Positions 61,052-64,000 of a stretch of DNA of 64,000 nt are shown in pieces (the first letter of the stretch is position 1; each line of letters opens with the position of its first letter). The notes under the pieces are model-generated. The model did not search any database. It worked only from the letters and a program-made list of their open reading frames with translations, and had not been told where the DNA came from. Source of the DNA: an uncultured Chloroflexia bacterium (GTDB lineage Bacteria; Chloroflexota; Limnocylindria; Limnocylindrales; CSP1-4); NCBI GenBank assembly GCA_963796715.1, contig CAWCMN010000009.1:262546-326545 (forward strand), given 5' to 3'. The position numbers and the translations under genes are program-made.

Positions 61052-61798
61052 ATGATCGTCGTGGTCATGCCCGCCTACAACGCGGCCAAGACCCTCGAGC
61101 GCACCTACCACGACATCCCCAAGGACATCGTCGACCACGTCATCCTCGTCGACGACGTGTCACGCGACGAGACCGTCGAGATCGCCCAGCGCCTGGGCCT
61201 GCAGGTCGAGGTCCACCGCCAGAACCGCGGCTACGGCGGCAACCAGAAGACCTGCTACCGACTGGCCCTCGCGGCCGGGGCCGACATCGTCGTGATGGTC
61301 CACCCCGACTACCAGTACGACCCCACCCGCATCCCCGCCGTGGTCGCCCCGATCATCGCCGGCACGGCCGACATGGTCCTGGGCTCGCGCCTCCTGGGCG
61401 ACCCGCTGGCCGGCGGCATGCCGCGCTGGAAGTTCATCGCCAACCGCTTCCTCACGGGGCTCGAGAACCGCGCCTTCGGGCTCCACCTCTCCGAGTACCA
61501 CACCGGCTTCCGAGCCTACTCGGCACGGCTCCTGCGGGCGGTCGACATGGAGCGCGACAGCGACGACTTCGTCTTCGACCAGGAGTTCGTGGCCCAGGTC
61601 GTGGCGGCCGGCTTCACCATCACCGAGGTGGCCGTGCCGACGCGCTACTTCGCCGAGGCATCGTCGGTCAACTTCCGCCGCTCCGTGCGCTACGGCATGG
61701 GCACCCTGGGCGTCGTGGCCAGCTACACGCTGCACCGCCTGGGCTGGCGCCGTGACCGGCGTTTCGTGCCGCTGACCCCACCACCGGGCAGCGGCTAG
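61052..61798 (+). CDS. Glycosyltransferase family 2 (polyprenyl-phosphate sugar synthase-like)
   Basis: VVMPAYNAA...VDDVSRDET...DPDYQYDP (DxD-type motifs). Confidence 0.85.
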   Translation: MIVVVMPAYNAAKTLERTYHDIPKDIVDHVILVDDVSRDETVEIAQRLGLQVEVHRQNRGYGGNQKTCYRLALAAGADIVVMVHPDYQYDPTRIPAVVAPIIAGTADMVLGSRLLGDPLAGGMPRWKFIANRFLTGLENRAFGLHLSEYHTGFRAYSARLLRAVDMERDSDDFVFDQEFVAQVVAAGFTITEVAVPTRYFAEASSVNFRRSVRYGMGTLGVVASYTLHRLGWRRDRRFVPLTPPPGSG

Positions 61799-61890
61799 CG
61801 GCCGACTGGGTACCGCCGGCGTACGGTTCTCGCCCCGGACGGCCCGGGCGGGCCCCGTCCCGATCGCCAAAGGGCGCCTGGCACCGCCAA

Positions 61891-61912
61891 GCCCGTCCCG
61901 CCGGGCCTTTTT
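61891..61912 (+). terminator. Rho-independent terminator GCCCG-tcccgc-CGGGC + CTTTTTG
   Basis: Hairpin followed by a T5 run, read directly after the GT2 gene. Confidence 0.5.
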
Positions 61913-62096
61913 GCATCCAGCGGTCACAGCGACCGAGGAACCTCGTTTCGACCGTCGTTATCGTCGCGGCATGCAAGGAACGACGGTGGAAGGGGCCTCT
62001 GGACGGGTATTGGGCGTCCCGCTCCGTCGTTGTCGCCGCCAGATGCAAAAGGGGATGGGGCAGGCGATAGGGCGATGGGCAGGGCCCGCCGCCTGG

Positions 62097-63129
62097 CTAG
62101 GCCGGCGGCCGGGCCGCCTCGTCGCCCTCCGCGGTCACCCCGGCCTCGCCGCGGCGCAGGGCGGCCAGGCCTCGGAGCTGGTCGAGCCGCCAGTCGACCG
62201 AGGGCAGGCTGAGCGCGCCGGCAGCGGCGATCGGTACGGTCCCCACGAGGTGGGCCAGGATGCCCAGCGCAAGAGCCTGCGAGCCATCCAGGCCGGCGGC
62301 CGTGCCCACGTACACGACGGCGAACTCGAAGGGCCCGATGCCGGCCGGGGCGGACGGGATGGCCGCCCCAAGGTTCGCCGCGGTCACCATCGCCAGCAGC
62401 ACGAGCGGGGGGACCGAGAGCCCCAGTGATGTCGCCACGAGCGCGAAGACGGCGGTGCCCGTGGCCCAGCTGATGAGCGTCAGGCCGAGCGCCGCGACCA
62501 CCAGGCGCGGTGCGGCGGCATCGATCAGGGCGTGGCCGAACGAGCCGAGGTGGGGCAGCACGAGGCGGGCCGGGCCGCGGCTGAAGCGCTCGACGACGCC
62601 ATCCAGGAGCCGCCGCGCCAGGTCGTGCGGCACCAGCGTGACGGTCAGCAGCACGATCCAGCCCAGGGCCGCCACGACGGTGAAGGCGCCGGTGATGCCG
62701 TTGCCCAGCCCCAGGCTGGCCGCGGCGAGAGCGCCCAGGGTAGCGGCGCTGACCAGGTCAAGGCCCCGCTCCAGGGCGATCGACCCGAGGGCGCGCAGCT
62801 GGCCCACGTGCGCCCGCGTGCCGGCCAGGTGAGCCCGCACGAACTCGCCGAGCCGCCCCGGCAGGACGATGTTGACGAGGTAGCCCACCACGAGGTACCG
62901 GAACGTCTCGCGGTAGCCGGGTCGGGGCTCGTGGGCGAGCAGGAGGTGCCAGCGGACGGTCCGCGCCGCCTGGTCGAGTCGCCAGCAGCGGCAGGACCAG
63001 GATCAGGATGAGCGGCTGGGCACGCCCCAGGGTCGCCGCCGCGGCGCCCGGGTTGACCTCCAGCAGCACGACCCCGATCAGCACGGCGCTGACCGCCAGC
63101 CCGATCAGGCTGGTCGTCAGGCGACGCAC
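62097..63129 (-). pseudogene. UPF0104 / lysylphosphatidylglycerol-synthase-TM-region-like (flippase-like) membrane protein, frameshifted near 62985
   Basis: The N-terminal 45 aa (MRRLTTSLIGLAVSAVLIGVVL...AQPLILILVLPLL) are in the ORF 62758-63129 frame. The rest (RLDQAARTVRWHLLLAHEPRPGYRETFRYLVVGYLVNIVLPGRLGEF...) continues in the 62097-62891 frame. Confidence 0.6.
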
Positions 63130-63130
63130 A

Positions 63131-64000
<870 letters not shown>

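Overview
This is a high-GC (about 70%) actinobacterial-type chromosomal segment. The phylum call rests on an MmpL transporter, a diheme QcrC and a CtaF-like oxidase subunit. Coordinates derived from my own base counting may be off by 1-2 nt; coordinates taken from the ORF track are exact. Every large antisense ORF in the track was judged a high-GC artefact. The window is a dense run of housekeeping, envelope and catabolic operons. I saw no rRNA, tRNA, CRISPR array or mobile element.

Main blocks, in order:
- (1) A broken SAM methyltransferase and a small membrane protein that follows short tandem repeats.
- (2) uppP downstream of a tandem YibE/F membrane-protein locus. One YibE/F copy carries a C-terminal extracytoplasmic domain, and that domain is duplicated as a divergently encoded standalone gene.
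- (3) A TroA/ZnuA-type metal ABC importer (SBP, ATPase, permease) followed by an OsmC-family gene.
- (4) A 1165-aa MMPL transporter fused at its C-terminus to an AttH/CrtC-like lipocalin domain. A lipoprotein-signal-like hydrophobic segment sits at the junction.
- (5) An RDD protein, a ribokinase pseudogene and an SDR.
- (6) A long plus-strand operon: flavin reductase, alpha/beta-hydrolase, EthD, a tandem-crotonase fusion, a hypothetical, enoyl-CoA hydratase, a frameshifted 3-hydroxyacyl-CoA dehydrogenase and a thiolase.
- (7) A NitT/TauT-type ABC importer with an NMT1/THI5-like SBP, a coupled tiny membrane ORF and a roughly 300-nt leader.
- (8) A GNAT gene.
- (9) A single-strand respiratory block qcrC-qcrA-qcrB-ctaC-ctaD-ctaF plus a small 2-TM ORF, with no ctaE.
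- (10) A minus-strand operon: GT4, enolase-superfamily, YdiJ-like FAD/Fe-S oxidoreductase, pyruvate-oxidase-like TPP enzyme, GDE-like glucosidase and an SDR.
- (11) Histidine utilisation split into hutH-RDD-GNAT-like-hutU and ftcD(N domain)-hutI.
- (12) A DtxR-family regulator divergent from a ZIP transporter and a ferritin.
- (13) argS, MBL and PHP hydrolases, a GT2, a frameshifted Pro-Thr-repeat surface protein, a frameshifted UPF0104 flippase-like gene and a partial kbl/bioF-like gene.

At least five genes carry frameshifts or in-frame stops. That is the main quality and biology caveat for the whole window.
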